Notes under the pieces: generated by a model
Told to the model about the DNA's origin: nothing
Seen by the model: only the letters and a program-made list of their open reading frames with translations
Databases searched by the model: none
Part shown: positions 19,269 through 28,039 of the stretch, piece after piece
Numbering within the stretch: position 1 is the first letter of the stretch
How the letters are laid out: every line of letters begins with the position of its first letter
Made by a program: the position numbers and the translations under genes
Virus record (IMG/VR): IMGVR_UViG_2706796241_000001
Origin: a virus
Lineage: Duplodnaviria > Heunggongvirae > Uroviricota > Caudoviricetes > Herelleviridae
Strand: one strand, 5' to 3'
Length of the DNA stretch: 64,000 bases

Positions 19269-19375
19269 TCTCCCGTCTACATTTTTAGTCTCTATATTAA
19301 TTTAGCACACCTGTTTGCTAACAGCTCAGTGTACTATATTAATAGTAGCTCTAAGGGAGAGGAGGGGACAACATA

Positions 19376-19636
19376 ATGTATGAAACAGCACTGGTCTGTG
19401 TACTGTTACTACAAATGTTTGTTTACTTGATGTCCTACTATGTCACTCGTGCACTACAGTATAAGAAACTACAAGCAGAACTGAGCCCTTTGGCATCATA
19501 CAAGTTCACTTTCGTGCTCTATGGAATTAGTATAGGTAGTCTATACTTGTTTTTTAATGGGTACTATATACCTATAGTCTACACGGTAGGCGCTATTATA
19601 GGTATACTAGTCTGTCTGTGGTTTACATCTGACTAA
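19376..19636 (+). CDS. small membrane protein (86 aa)
   Basis: ORF track; GGGAGAGGAGG RBS; multiple TM helices. Confidence 0.45.
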   Translation: MYETALVCVLLLQMFVYLMSYYVTRALQYKKLQAELSPLASYKFTFVLYGISIGSLYLFFNGYYIPIVYTVGAIIGILVCLWFTSD

Positions 19637-19670
19637 TATAGAGCAACATAACTTACAGGGAGGAGCATAT

Positions 19671-20015
19671 ATGAACGATTACCAAGTAAATGACCTTGTT
19701 TTAAGACTACAACGACTGGAAGATAAACTCCAACATGGAGAGCTAACCGAGAAGGGCATTAAACAGGACAATGTAGAACTGAATAGTGCGGTTAGTGAGT
19801 TGAGAGATATTGTCAATAGTCTTGATAAGCGACTTGCTGTTCACGAAGAAAAATATGCACACCTAACCTACCAGATTACTAAGTTGGAAGAAACTATAGA
19901 TGCACTGGAAGGAGTAAACGATAAAGAGTTCGACCACAAGAGGGATATTGTAGAGAACGTTTTTATGATTGTCTTAGGAGCAGTTGTCACTTACGTGTTC
20001 AGCATGTTTAAGTAA
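19671..20015 (+). CDS. coiled-coil protein with C-terminal TM anchor (114 aa)
   Basis: ORF track; GGGAGG RBS. Confidence 0.45.
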   Translation: MNDYQVNDLVLRLQRLEDKLQHGELTEKGIKQDNVELNSAVSELRDIVNSLDKRLAVHEEKYAHLTYQITKLEETIDALEGVNDKEFDHKRDIVENVFMIVLGAVVTYVFSMFK

Positions 20016-20078
20016 TTTGTAAAATGTGTTATTATAGTATATAGTATTATTATAACATATTTTGAAAGGAGAAGTATC

Positions 20079-20417
20079 ATGAATTACCCTAAAAGAGAGA
20101 AAGTTGTAGAGGTTTCATTAGCATCTGGGACATATTCTGTGTTCCCTAGAAGACTCGGTGTAACAACTAATGATGCAATGTCAATTGTAAATGGTGCAAT
20201 GAAAGGTGCAGAGTTGCCAATGATTCCAGTTCATAAGCTAGCTGATAGAGATTCTGAGTTAACTTATGTAAATGCATTCCAGATACAGACAGCTATAGAG
20301 AACGTAGTAGATGTTCCAGAAAGAATCACTAGCTTGTATACGAAACCAGAGGATGAAACACCAGAAGATGAGGAAGTCAGATTGGGAACAATTAATAACT
20401 ATTTCTCATTAAGATAA
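20079..20417 (+). CDS. hypothetical protein (112 aa)
   Basis: ORF track; AAGGAG RBS. Confidence 0.45.
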   Translation: MNYPKREKVVEVSLASGTYSVFPRRLGVTTNDAMSIVNGAMKGAELPMIPVHKLADRDSELTYVNAFQIQTAIENVVDVPERITSLYTKPEDETPEDEEVRLGTINNYFSLR

Positions 20418-20446
20418 GAGGGCTTAACTGCTCTCTTTTTTGTTTA
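20417..20446 (+). terminator. rho-independent terminator
   Basis: gagggc-ttaact-gctctc hairpin followed by ttttttgttt. Confidence 0.5.
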
Positions 20447-20770
20447 AGTAAAATGTCCTATTTTAAATTTTTGTCTTTCTTATATTATATACTATATATA
20501 TATAATAATAATATATAATACTTAATACTATATATTATAAATAATAATATAAGGAGAGAGAAAAAATGAAATAGGACATTTTTGTAAAAAGGTAGTCACC
20601 ATAAGTTGATTGTAACTGAGTCAGCATTAGAATGTCCTATTTTAAATTTCCTAGATTCTTATTATCTATATATAATATCTAATAGTAATTAATATATATA
20701 GTACTATATAGTATATATAATAAATATAAGGAATCAGAAAAAAAGAAATAGGACATTACACAATTATAAA
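20447..20770. repeat. two ~150-bp direct-repeat units, each bounded by 13-bp inverted repeats (aatgtcctatttt / aaataggacatt) around a ~95-bp TA-rich core
   Basis: Unit 1 ~20449-20592, unit 2 ~20633-20760; each core contains an aaggag..ATG AAA TAG (Met-Lys-stop) stub. Confidence 0.6.
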
Positions 20771-20787
20771 AAAATGTAAAAAAGTTA

Positions 20788-20816
20788 TTGACACAATCAG
20801 AATAACATGATATTAT
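20788..20816 (+). promoter_or_regulatory. sigma-A promoter ahead of the tRNA island
   Basis: TTGACA-17-TATTAT. Confidence 0.55.
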
Positions 20817-20913
20817 ATACTCATACGTTGGATAACCGGAATGTATCAAAGGTATTTCTAAAATTAAAAAAATATAGATATACTATATCACCAAAAAAAT
20901 TAATATCTCGTTA

Positions 20914-20924
20914 TGTGGTATAAT
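20914..20924 (+). promoter_or_regulatory. extended -10 promoter abutting the first tRNA-like minihelix
   Basis: TGTGGTATAAT (TGnTATAAT); predicted +1 a few nt before 20937. Confidence 0.45.
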
Positions 20925-20936
20925 ATATCTATAGGA

Positions 20937-20990
20937 GCACTCAGGGTAGTTTGGTACCTTCGGCAATAGGTTCGATTCCTACTGAGTGCA
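20937..20990 (+). ncRNA. truncated tRNA-like minihelix 1 (7-bp acceptor stem plus T-arm; no D or anticodon arms)
   Basis: gcactca/tgagtgc acceptor stem, tagg-ttcgatt-ccta T-arm, 23-nt central segment. Confidence 0.4.
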
Positions 20991-21019
20991 TAGCATGGAC
21001 TTTGCAGACAATGCTTATA

Positions 21020-21070
21020 AGCTAAACTGGTGTTGCTTACATTAAGTAGGTTCAATTCCTACATTAGCTT
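21020..21070 (+). ncRNA. truncated tRNA-like minihelix 2
   Basis: agctaaa/attagct acceptor stem (6 of 7 pairs), gtagg-ttcaatt-cctac T-arm, 20-nt central segment. Confidence 0.35.
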
Positions 21071-21143
21071 TTACATAGCTCAGCTATGTTTAATATCTCT
21101 TGCCCCTATATAAAATTAGGGGCACCCTCTCTAAAAAAAGTAG

Positions 21144-21173
21144 TTGACAAAATAATAGAGGTTGTGCTATTAT
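21144..21173 (+). promoter_or_regulatory. sigma-A promoter driving an ORF-free ~700-nt segment
   Basis: TTGACA-18-TATTAT. Confidence 0.45.
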
Positions 21174-21889
21174 TAAATAGTAAAGAAAAACTGCTTTTGA
21201 TAATTGAAAACTTAATATAATAGAACCTAGTGCAGAAAGTTTGAACAGCTTGCTAGGATAACGTGGCGTAATTCTGAATGTAGCCTAGAGTGCGATAGTG
21301 TTTTAGGTAGCAGGTATGTCTTATGGTGACATAAAAGTAACTACTAGTAAAAGCTAGTATCAGTTAAGCGTTATGTGGAGTGTACATGGATTGTAAGGTA
21401 CAAGACTCTTGGGGGATATAATAGACGTTCCTGTGGAAAAGAATCTAAGTTAGGTGGAAGCGTGAGAAACTTGGCAGACCTTAGAAACCTCAAAAGACTC
21501 CCTTTGACGAGAACCATAGAAATATGGGTTTAACAAGAGACCTTGGTACAAGTAGCCTAAGTCAGCTTACAAAATATATGATATAAGAAAAACTTATAAC
21601 AATACTATTTAATGCTGAATGTTTAGGTGAACGTTGTTAGCCACCGTGCTAGACCATACATTAAAAGCAGAGAGAAGCTATTGGGTAGCTCCCGATAGTT
21701 CAGCCTCTCTGGGTATGTGACCGAATGCAGTGAGTGTGCATGAAGCAGGAGTAAAAGCCCTATTATATTAAGTTTTGAGTTATTAAAAGCTCATAAAAAA
21801 TATATTTATGCCGTAGTAACATCAGCGCTTCAACTGTTGTTGTATATTATAAAAAACTTTCCTTTCTAAAAAACTACGGCATAAATAAT

Positions 21890-21962
21890 GGCAGTATAGG
21901 GCAGAGGTTGTCCCAACACGTTGTCAGCGTGGAACACACGGGTTCGAGTCCCGTTACTGTCG
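21890..21962 (+). tRNA. tRNA-Asp (GTC)
   Basis: Acceptor stem ggcagta/tactgtc, anticodon loop ttGTCag, T-arm acggg-ttcgagt-cccgt; CCA not encoded. Confidence 0.6.
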
Positions 21963-22215
21963 TCATTTTAGCTAGCTACCATATTGTCAAACAAATACTA
22001 CATGAACTAACATATAAGAGGACTTATCACTGGAAGTTAGCTATTAACAGGTAACCATTAAACAAGATGTAAAACAGTGCAAATCTGTAGTTACCTATTC
22101 CACTATAAGTGGACACATGGCATCTCCTTACATCCCACCTTGATTCCATGATTGTATTTTTTTTGTTTGTTTTTTTAATTACTGTAAAGAAGGTCTTCGC
22201 TTTCCTTCTTTACAT

Positions 22216-22287
22216 AGTCGGTTAGTGTAACTGGTAACACGTTGGTCTCCAAAACCAATAATAGGGGTTCAAATCCTCTACCGATTG
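22216..22287 (+). tRNA. tRNA-Trp (CCA)
   Basis: Acceptor stem agtcggt/accgatt, D stem gtgt/acac, anticodon stem ttggt/accaa with loop ctCCAaa, T-loop ttcaaat. Confidence 0.7.
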
Positions 22288-22660
22288 TTAGCCTTAATTG
22301 GAAAACTATATTTTACTAGTAGTTTACGTAGTATGACTAATCAGCTAACCGTTAACTAGTAAACCTTTAACTAATGAGAATTGAGCCTGACTTCTCCGGA
22401 GGCAGGATGGAGCATACCCAAGGGTTTGGGGCTTACCACAGTCCCACCCCGATGCTTCGGGGTAGCTTATTGCAGTAAGCTACTAAGTTCCAAACATTGT
22501 TAACAACTACTAAGGCTGTATAATACGATTCGGTCAATGTAGTTCTCTTTCTATACCTCACTAACTTAGCTCCAACTAAGTAGCCAGTGCCATCAACGTT
22601 CTCTCCTTACGTATAGTCATTGGCATTAGTGAGGTATAGAAATTTATTTTAATAAAAGTG

Positions 22661-22689
22661 TTGACATGCTATGTAAATAGTGTTATACT
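22661..22689 (+). promoter_or_regulatory. sigma-A promoter
   Basis: GTGTTGACA-17-TATACT. Confidence 0.5.
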
Positions 22690-22773
22690 TTATTCAAGTT
22701 AGATATTCATTTTAATCCTCGATAGATGAAACTACTATGAGTTATTATGGGGGCTCATTACCCCCATAATTTG

Positions 22774-22846
22774 TAGGTGTAGCTCAATCGGATAGAGCAT
22801 CCGCCTTCTAAGCGGACGGTTGGGGGTTCGATTCCCTCCATCTACG
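22774..22846 (+). tRNA. tRNA-Arg (TCT)
   Basis: Acceptor stem gtaggtg/catctac, anticodon stem tccgc/gcgga with loop ctTCTaa, T-arm ggggg-ttcgatt-ccctc. Confidence 0.7.
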
Positions 22847-23318
22847 TTAACCCGTATAGGCTACTTTAGGGAGTAGCACTCGGGTTATGTGCACATACTT
22901 GTTATACCTCCCTAAGTTTAACAAGTACTCCTGTAAAAGAATTTAACGATTGACAAACAGACATACTATAGGTTGTAATACTGCTAGTGCTTGTACCACA
23001 CAGACAGACTACTTTTAGTAATACTGATATTGCTCGTTAATTCAATGGTTCTGTTACTGTAACAGTGATGGGTAATTTATTATTAGAAAGACGTTGCCGA
23101 GCATACTGTCGGTGGATAGTGAGGTAAAAGTCCTTGAAACTTTTGAGTACGGCTGTCATAAGTCATGTGACATTAAATAACAATGTAAGTGAGTAGTCTA
23201 GGGAATGTTTGACGTACATGGAGTTAACCAGTTCTCACCAAAAAATAGACTAACACTTCCCTGAATGGGGTTGAGTCCACATGAATTATTAGTATGAGGA
23301 CTGCGTAAAACAGTAGTG

Positions 23319-23414
23319 TACTGGTTAGCATAGTTATGGTTAATGCACCGCTTGTTTCCCATAGCGCTTGTCGGAGGCTCGTAGGTAAGGGGGGTTCAAA
23401 TCCTCTCACCAGTA
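23319..23414 (+). tRNA. non-canonical tRNA-like gene (~95 nt; oversized 10-nt loop in the anticodon position), possible pseudo-tRNA or type II variant
   Basis: Acceptor stem tactggt/accagta, D-like gcat..atgc, T-arm ggggg-ttcaaat-cctct; no regular 5-7-5 anticodon arm could be drawn. Confidence 0.3.
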
Positions 23415-23568
23415 TTACTGTTAAGGTACGGTCTAGGGAAAACGTTAAATCAGAAACCCTTAATAGTAAAAGGTACTACTGAGGTTAGGTTCCTTGCAAT
23501 CCATGTAAGGTATGGCTCCCTACCAGACACGAGTTTAGCCTTTTAGAGGTAACCTTGGTAGTACAACC

Positions 23569-23653
23569 GCAGAAGTGATGGAACTGGTAGACAACGGTGT
23601 CTTAGAAACATCGGTCTGTAATGGACGTGTGGGTTCGACTCCCGCCTTCTGCA
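23569..23653 (+). tRNA. tRNA-Leu (TAG), type II
   Basis: Perfect acceptor stem gcagaag/cttctgc, anticodon stem ggtgt/acatc with loop ctTAGaa, long variable arm, T-loop ttcgact. Confidence 0.7.
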
Positions 23654-23693
23654 TATCTATATAGATAAATATTAGACAGAAAGGTAGATATAC

Positions 23694-23960
23694 ATGATTT
23701 TACAAGTAGATAAGACAAAGAACGTACCGAAAGGAGCCCCTACAGTACTTCAATCAGATTTTATTGAAGACGTTGTTCGTACAACATATGTAGATGGTGG
23801 TGTAAAACTACACCTATCAGATAGGACTGTAATAACCTTAGAAAATGATTCAGCAGGCAACATGACTTTATATAACTATATTGATGAATATGAAGACTAT
23901 ACTATTGAACAAGCATGGTTGCTTAATAAAGATGGCAAGACATTAAAACGGCTAATCTAA
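23694..23960 (+). CDS. hypothetical protein embedded in the tRNA island (88 aa)
   Basis: ORF track; weak RBS. Confidence 0.4.
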   Translation: MILQVDKTKNVPKGAPTVLQSDFIEDVVRTTYVDGGVKLHLSDRTVITLENDSAGNMTLYNYIDEYEDYTIEQAWLLNKDGKTLKRLI

Positions 23961-24275
23961 AATTTTAGATTTAATTAATGAGCTACTCTAAGAGGTAGGA
24001 CTCAAGCCCTATCCGATAATTAATAGGTATCTATTATAGGGAAAAACGTTGGTTTTAGTACCCCCAACACTACACACACTCTAGGTTTTGTGTGTAAAAC
24101 ATTATCATCCATCTAACGATGACAGTCTTTCTCTTATTACAAGAGTTTTAACTTTACCCACGCATGATAATGTAAAAAGACCAAATTAAGTGGGTAGCTA
24201 TAAAAACTAAGTTGGGTCTGCGCCTATTCGCAGATTAAATATACGGAGTGCCGTGTACCAAACTAATTATATTAA

Positions 24276-24349
24276 GGACGTTTAGCTCAGTTGGTCAGAG
24301 CATTCGGCTCATAACCGAACGGTCGCAGGTTCGAGACCTGCAATGTCCA
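24276..24349 (+). tRNA. tRNA-Met (CAT), elongator-type or Ile2-type
   Basis: Acceptor stem ggacgtt/aatgtcc with G1-C72 paired, D-arm gctc-agttggtcaga-gagc, anticodon loop ctCATaa, T-arm gcagg-ttcgaga-cctgc. Confidence 0.7.
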
Positions 24350-24601
24350 TTGGTTGCCTGCGCCTCTTAACATGCGAACCAAGGTAATCGTTTTAGTTAT
24401 GTGTAGTTTAACTGTATATAAATATGATTAGTAGTAGGAGCTATCATAGGAAATTATAGTTAGAACCTAGCTAAATCTAGTATAGTCAAGTCCTACCTTG
24501 ATAACTATATTAGGTGATGTGAAATACTCAATTAATCAGCCAGTAACAGAGAGACACAGGTGCTGTCCGTGTGTCAGGTACCTATCTGGTTGGTTATTTA
24601 A

Positions 24602-24683
24602 GGAGAGTTATTCCGTAAGTAGTAGCGGAGCAGACTGTAAATCTGTTGCTTAGGCTCGGGTGGTGCGACTCCATCACTCTCCA
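24602..24683 (+). tRNA. tRNA-Tyr (GTA), type II
   Basis: Acceptor stem ggagagt/actctcc, anticodon stem gcaga/tctgt with loop ctGTAaa (close to the B. subtilis tRNA-Tyr arm), T-arm ggtgg-tgcgact-ccatc. Confidence 0.65.
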
Positions 24684-24719
24684 TTTATAATTTATTAAAA
24701 AGTATTAAGGAGAGAATAT

Positions 24720-25811
24720 ATGAAAGTAATCAATTATGGTAGTAATTATGAGATTTATGCAAACGACCTGAAAACTTATGATAAGTTGCCTGCGCAAACT
24801 TATAAAGTTAGATTCAACCCAATGTCTGGGTTCTCATTGGCGGTGACAGACGATTTTAAATTGAAAGAATCTAAAGTTTATGGTGACCGTTTAGTTAAAA
24901 TTGAGAAAGTACTACACACATTTAAAACAATCAATCGTAGTTTAGGGGTTATTTTAAGTGGGGATAAAGGAATTGGTAAATCACTATTTACTCAAATCTT
25001 ATCTCAACGAGCTATTGAAGAGGGTATGCCTGTTATCTTAATTACAGAAGCTTATCCGGGTATTGCAGAATTTATTGACAGTATTGACCAAGAGTCTCTT
25101 ATCTTGTTCGATGAATTTGAAAAAGTATTCAATGACCGTGACGGTCGTGAATCACAAGAAAAACTATTGAGCTTATTCGATGGGTTATCACAACGCAAGC
25201 GTATTTATGCACTTACTGTTAATAACTTAAATCGTGTAAATGACTTTATGCTTAATCGTCCGGGACGTTTCCATTACCATTTACGTTTCGACTATCCTGA
25301 TGCAGACGAAATTCGTACTTACTTGCAAGATAAGTTAGACAAAGCTTACTATGGGGAAATTGACAGTGTTGTTAAGTTTAGCCGTAGAATTAAGTTAAAC
25401 TATGATTGCTTACGAGCAATTGCGTTGGAATTAAGCTTTGGCATCTCATTTGGTGAAGCTATTGCTGATTTGAACATCCTTAATATTGAAAATCAGTATT
25501 ATACAGTTACTATTCAATTTGAAGGTGGGCTACAGCCTGTTGTAATTAATTCTCGAAGTTTAAATTTATTTGAAGATAGAGTATCATTCGGTAGTCGTAC
25601 AAAAGAAGATGACATCTATTTTGATGTATCATTTAACAGTAAAGACTTACAAGTAGGTAAAGATGAAACAATCGATATTTTAGGTAAGAACGTTAATGTT
25701 GATGTGTATCTTGATGACGAAGACGATGAAAAGTACAACGACTTAGCTATCAAGAGTATCATGTTTAAACAAGCTCAAACAAATACCTACGGATATGGTA
25801 ACTTAGTATAG
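24720..25811 (+). CDS. classical AAA-family ATPase (363 aa)
   Basis: Walker A GDKGIGKS, Walker B LILFDEFE, second region of homology NRPGRFHYHL. Confidence 0.6.
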   Translation: MKVINYGSNYEIYANDLKTYDKLPAQTYKVRFNPMSGFSLAVTDDFKLKESKVYGDRLVKIEKVLHTFKTINRSLGVILSGDKGIGKSLFTQILSQRAIEEGMPVILITEAYPGIAEFIDSIDQESLILFDEFEKVFNDRDGRESQEKLLSLFDGLSQRKRIYALTVNNLNRVNDFMLNRPGRFHYHLRFDYPDADEIRTYLQDKLDKAYYGEIDSVVKFSRRIKLNYDCLRAIALELSFGISFGEAIADLNILNIENQYYTVTIQFEGGLQPVVINSRSLNLFEDRVSFGSRTKEDDIYFDVSFNSKDLQVGKDETIDILGKNVNVDVYLDDEDDEKYNDLAIKSIMFKQAQTNTYGYGNLV

Positions 25812-25893
25812 GAGCCCCCTCTATTGAGGGGTTGCTCCTCAATAGGTTAGCTTTTCATATAATTTATTAAAAAAACAGTAAGGAGATATTAAT

Positions 25894-26118
25894 ATGAAAA
25901 AATTTTATGGAATCATTTCTACGACAACAACTCGTACAGAGGAGTATGAGAAGAAATTAAAAAATGGTAAAACTGAAATTCGTACACGTGAAGTAACGGT
26001 ACCTAAAGAAATCACTGTTCAATCTTCGCAACCTGACCGTTTAGGTGCTCGTAAAGAGTTAGAGGCTTTTGCACGTAAATGTAATGGTAAAGTAACTTAT
26101 ATCGGGGCTTTTGCATAG
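25894..26118 (+). CDS. hypothetical protein (74 aa)
   Basis: ORF track; AAGGAG RBS. Confidence 0.45.
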   Translation: MKKFYGIISTTTTRTEEYEKKLKNGKTEIRTREVTVPKEITVQSSQPDRLGARKELEAFARKCNGKVTYIGAFA

Positions 26119-26181
26119 TTCCTGATGCTGAGCCTGTCTACCTGATAGGCTCTTATTTTTTAAGAATAAGGAGGGACAGTC

Positions 26182-26412
26182 ATGGGAGAAAAGGAACCAA
26201 AACCTAAAGTCCTTAAAAGAGTGAGAGAGGCTAGGGGTGAATCTCTACGAGAGTTAGCCAATATGATAGGAGTTCACTGGTCATCAATCTCTTATTGGGA
26301 AAATGGTATAAAGGAACCTCGTGTTAAAAACAGAGTAAAACTTGCTAAATTATATAATATACCTGTAGAGATTCTTTTTGAAGAAGACAACGGACAAGAA
26401 TTGCCTTTATAA
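26182..26412 (+). CDS. XRE-family helix-turn-helix transcriptional regulator (76 aa)
   Basis: LRELANMIGVHWSSISYWENGIKEP HTH signature; AAGGAGGG RBS. Confidence 0.6.
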   Translation: MGEKEPKPKVLKRVREARGESLRELANMIGVHWSSISYWENGIKEPRVKNRVKLAKLYNIPVEILFEEDNGQELPL

Positions 26413-26440
26413 TGGGCAATTCTTTTTGTATAAAAAAGTG

Positions 26441-26469
26441 TTGACTTTACATATCTGACATGCTATAAT
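26441..26469 (+). promoter_or_regulatory. sigma-A promoter
   Basis: GTGTTGACT-17-TATAAT. Confidence 0.55.
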
Positions 26470-26502
26470 CTTATTATAGAAATAAGAGAGGGAGAGATAT
26501 GT

Positions 26503-26808
26503 ATGAAAACAACAGATTTACAAAAAAAGGAGCTACTAGAGAAGGACTTACGCTCTTACAAGAAATTATATGAATTGCAAAAAAGTATTAAAGAAGAGAT
26601 TGATGAGCTAAAAAGTAGTATCATTTCTGATATGGAAGAGTTAGGAGAATCTAAAATTAGTATTGATGGGGGCACATTTAAATTAATGCCAGAGTACAAA
26701 CGTGCTAGCGCAGATACTAAGTTATTGATGAACGTATACCCTAACGTTTGGGAAAAAGTTAAAAATGTGTATACAGTTAACAAATACATTAAATTTACGA
26801 AGGACTGA
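26503..26808 (+). CDS. hypothetical protein (101 aa)
   Basis: ORF track; GAGGGAGAG RBS. Confidence 0.45.
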   Translation: MKTTDLQKKELLEKDLRSYKKLYELQKSIKEEIDELKSSIISDMEELGESKISIDGGTFKLMPEYKRASADTKLLMNVYPNVWEKVKNVYTVNKYIKFTKD

Positions 26809-26813
26809 TTTGT

Positions 26814-27080
26814 TTGGCTACTAGAAATAAAATTGGAACATACACGAACGATGAAGGTAAAGTTGTAATTCAAATGGCAGGTAATAAGGCAGAACTACTC
26901 GAATTACTATCATTTTTAAATGCAAAATACTTATTAGAAGTTACAGACACACCAGAAGAATATCAGAAAGTGTTTAATAGGTTGCAGGTTGAAACTGGTA
27001 AAAACTATTCTGTTTTACTACTTGATAAGGTTACGAATAAATCGCAGGAATCAGAAGATTTCTTAGGTGACAAGGTGTAA
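26814..27080 (+). CDS. hypothetical protein (88 aa; TTG start)
   Basis: ORF track. Confidence 0.4.
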   Translation: MATRNKIGTYTNDEGKVVIQMAGNKAELLELLSFLNAKYLLEVTDTPEEYQKVFNRLQVETGKNYSVLLLDKVTNKSQESEDFLGDKV

Positions 27081-27093
27081 CTTATTGAAAAGG

Positions 27094-27130
27094 GGCTACA
27101 ATTAATTTTTGTAGTCTCTAGTTTTTTTGG
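27094..27130 (+). terminator. rho-independent terminator
   Basis: ggctacaa..ttgtagtc hairpin followed by tctagtttttttgg. Confidence 0.5.
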
Positions 27131-27140
27131 TTCTTTATTT

Positions 27141-27169
27141 TTGACAATTAATGCAAAATAGTGTATAAT
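27141..27169 (+). promoter_or_regulatory. sigma-A promoter of the nrd operon
   Basis: TTGACA-17-TATAAT. Confidence 0.6.
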
Positions 27170-27206
27170 TAATAAATACGATAAAAAAGTTAGGAGAATG
27201 TAGTAA

Positions 27207-27449
27207 ATGACAAAAGTAACAGTATATTCAAAAGATATGTGTGGTCAATGTTTATTTTTAAAAAATATGTTAAATGGAAAGAATATCCCATTTGATGAGA
27301 AAAATATCTCTCATGATGAGCAAGCTTTAGCTTATCTAAAAGAAAAAGGAGTGTCTTCATTACCATATGTAGAAGCTGAGGATGGTTTCTCATTTAATGG
27401 TGTTAGACCTGATTTGGTTAAAAAACTAGAAAAAGAACTTGGGGTGTAG
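27207..27449 (+). CDS. nrdH: NrdH glutaredoxin-like redoxin (80 aa)
   Basis: VYSKDMCGQCLFLK CxxC motif; SSLPYV and FNGVRPD motifs; directly upstream of nrdE. Confidence 0.7.
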   Translation: MTKVTVYSKDMCGQCLFLKNMLNGKNIPFDEKNISHDEQALAYLKEKGVSSLPYVEAEDGFSFNGVRPDLVKKLEKELGV

Positions 27450-27451
27450 AT

Positions 27452-28039
27452 ATGAACACATATATTGAGCTTAATAACCAATTGAATATCCCTAATAACG
27501 GAAAGATTCAGTTAGACAAAGATAAAGAAGCTGTTAGAGCATTCTTTTTAGAACATGTAAACAAGAACACAGTATTTTTCTACTCTTTAGAGGAGAAAAT
27601 TAGTTATCTAATTCGAGAAGGATACATTGATAAGACAGTAATTACTGACAAGTACTCAATGGAATTTATAAAAAAATTATTTAAGTTCATCTATAGTAAA
27701 AAGTTCAGATTCGACACATTTATGGGGGCTTACCGTTTCTATAAACAATACGCAATGAAAACAGATGATGGGGAACGATACCTAGAGCGTTATGAAGATA
27801 GAGTAGCGTTTAATGCACTCACAATGGGCGATGGTGACGAAGAGCTTGCTATGAAGATTGCAGATGAGTTAATTAACCGTAGATACCAACCTGCAACCCC
27901 TACTTTTTTAAATGCAGGTAGACTTAGAAGAGGGGAGTATGTCAGCTGTTTTCTAATTCAAGTAGAAGATTCAATGTCTTCAATTGGTAGAACGTTGAAC
28001 AGTGCACTTCAACTATCTAAACTTGGCGGTGGAGTGGGT
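27452..28039 (+). CDS. nrdE: class Ib ribonucleotide reductase alpha subunit, exon 1
   Basis: YQPATPTFLNAGR, GEYVSCFLIQVEDSM, LSKLGGGV; the tracked ORF stops 1 codon later, inside the intron. Confidence 0.75.

Noticed and set aside
20560-20580. Met-Lys-stop mini-ORF behind a consensus RBS inside the inverted-repeat unit
   Set aside because: A 2-codon ORF, repeated in degenerate form in the second unit; more likely incidental sequence of the repeat than a gene.
21180-21890. tmRNA, RNase P RNA or 6S RNA identity for the ORF-free transcript
   Set aside because: Could not find tmRNA hallmarks (tRNA-Ala-like ends, tag reading frame ending ..LAA*) or RNase P conserved regions by eye; left as unclassified structured RNA.
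23224-23409. 61-aa minus-strand ORF (..RGFEPP..)
   Set aside because: Lies over the tRNA-like gene. RGFEPP is the usual translation of a reverse-complemented T-loop.
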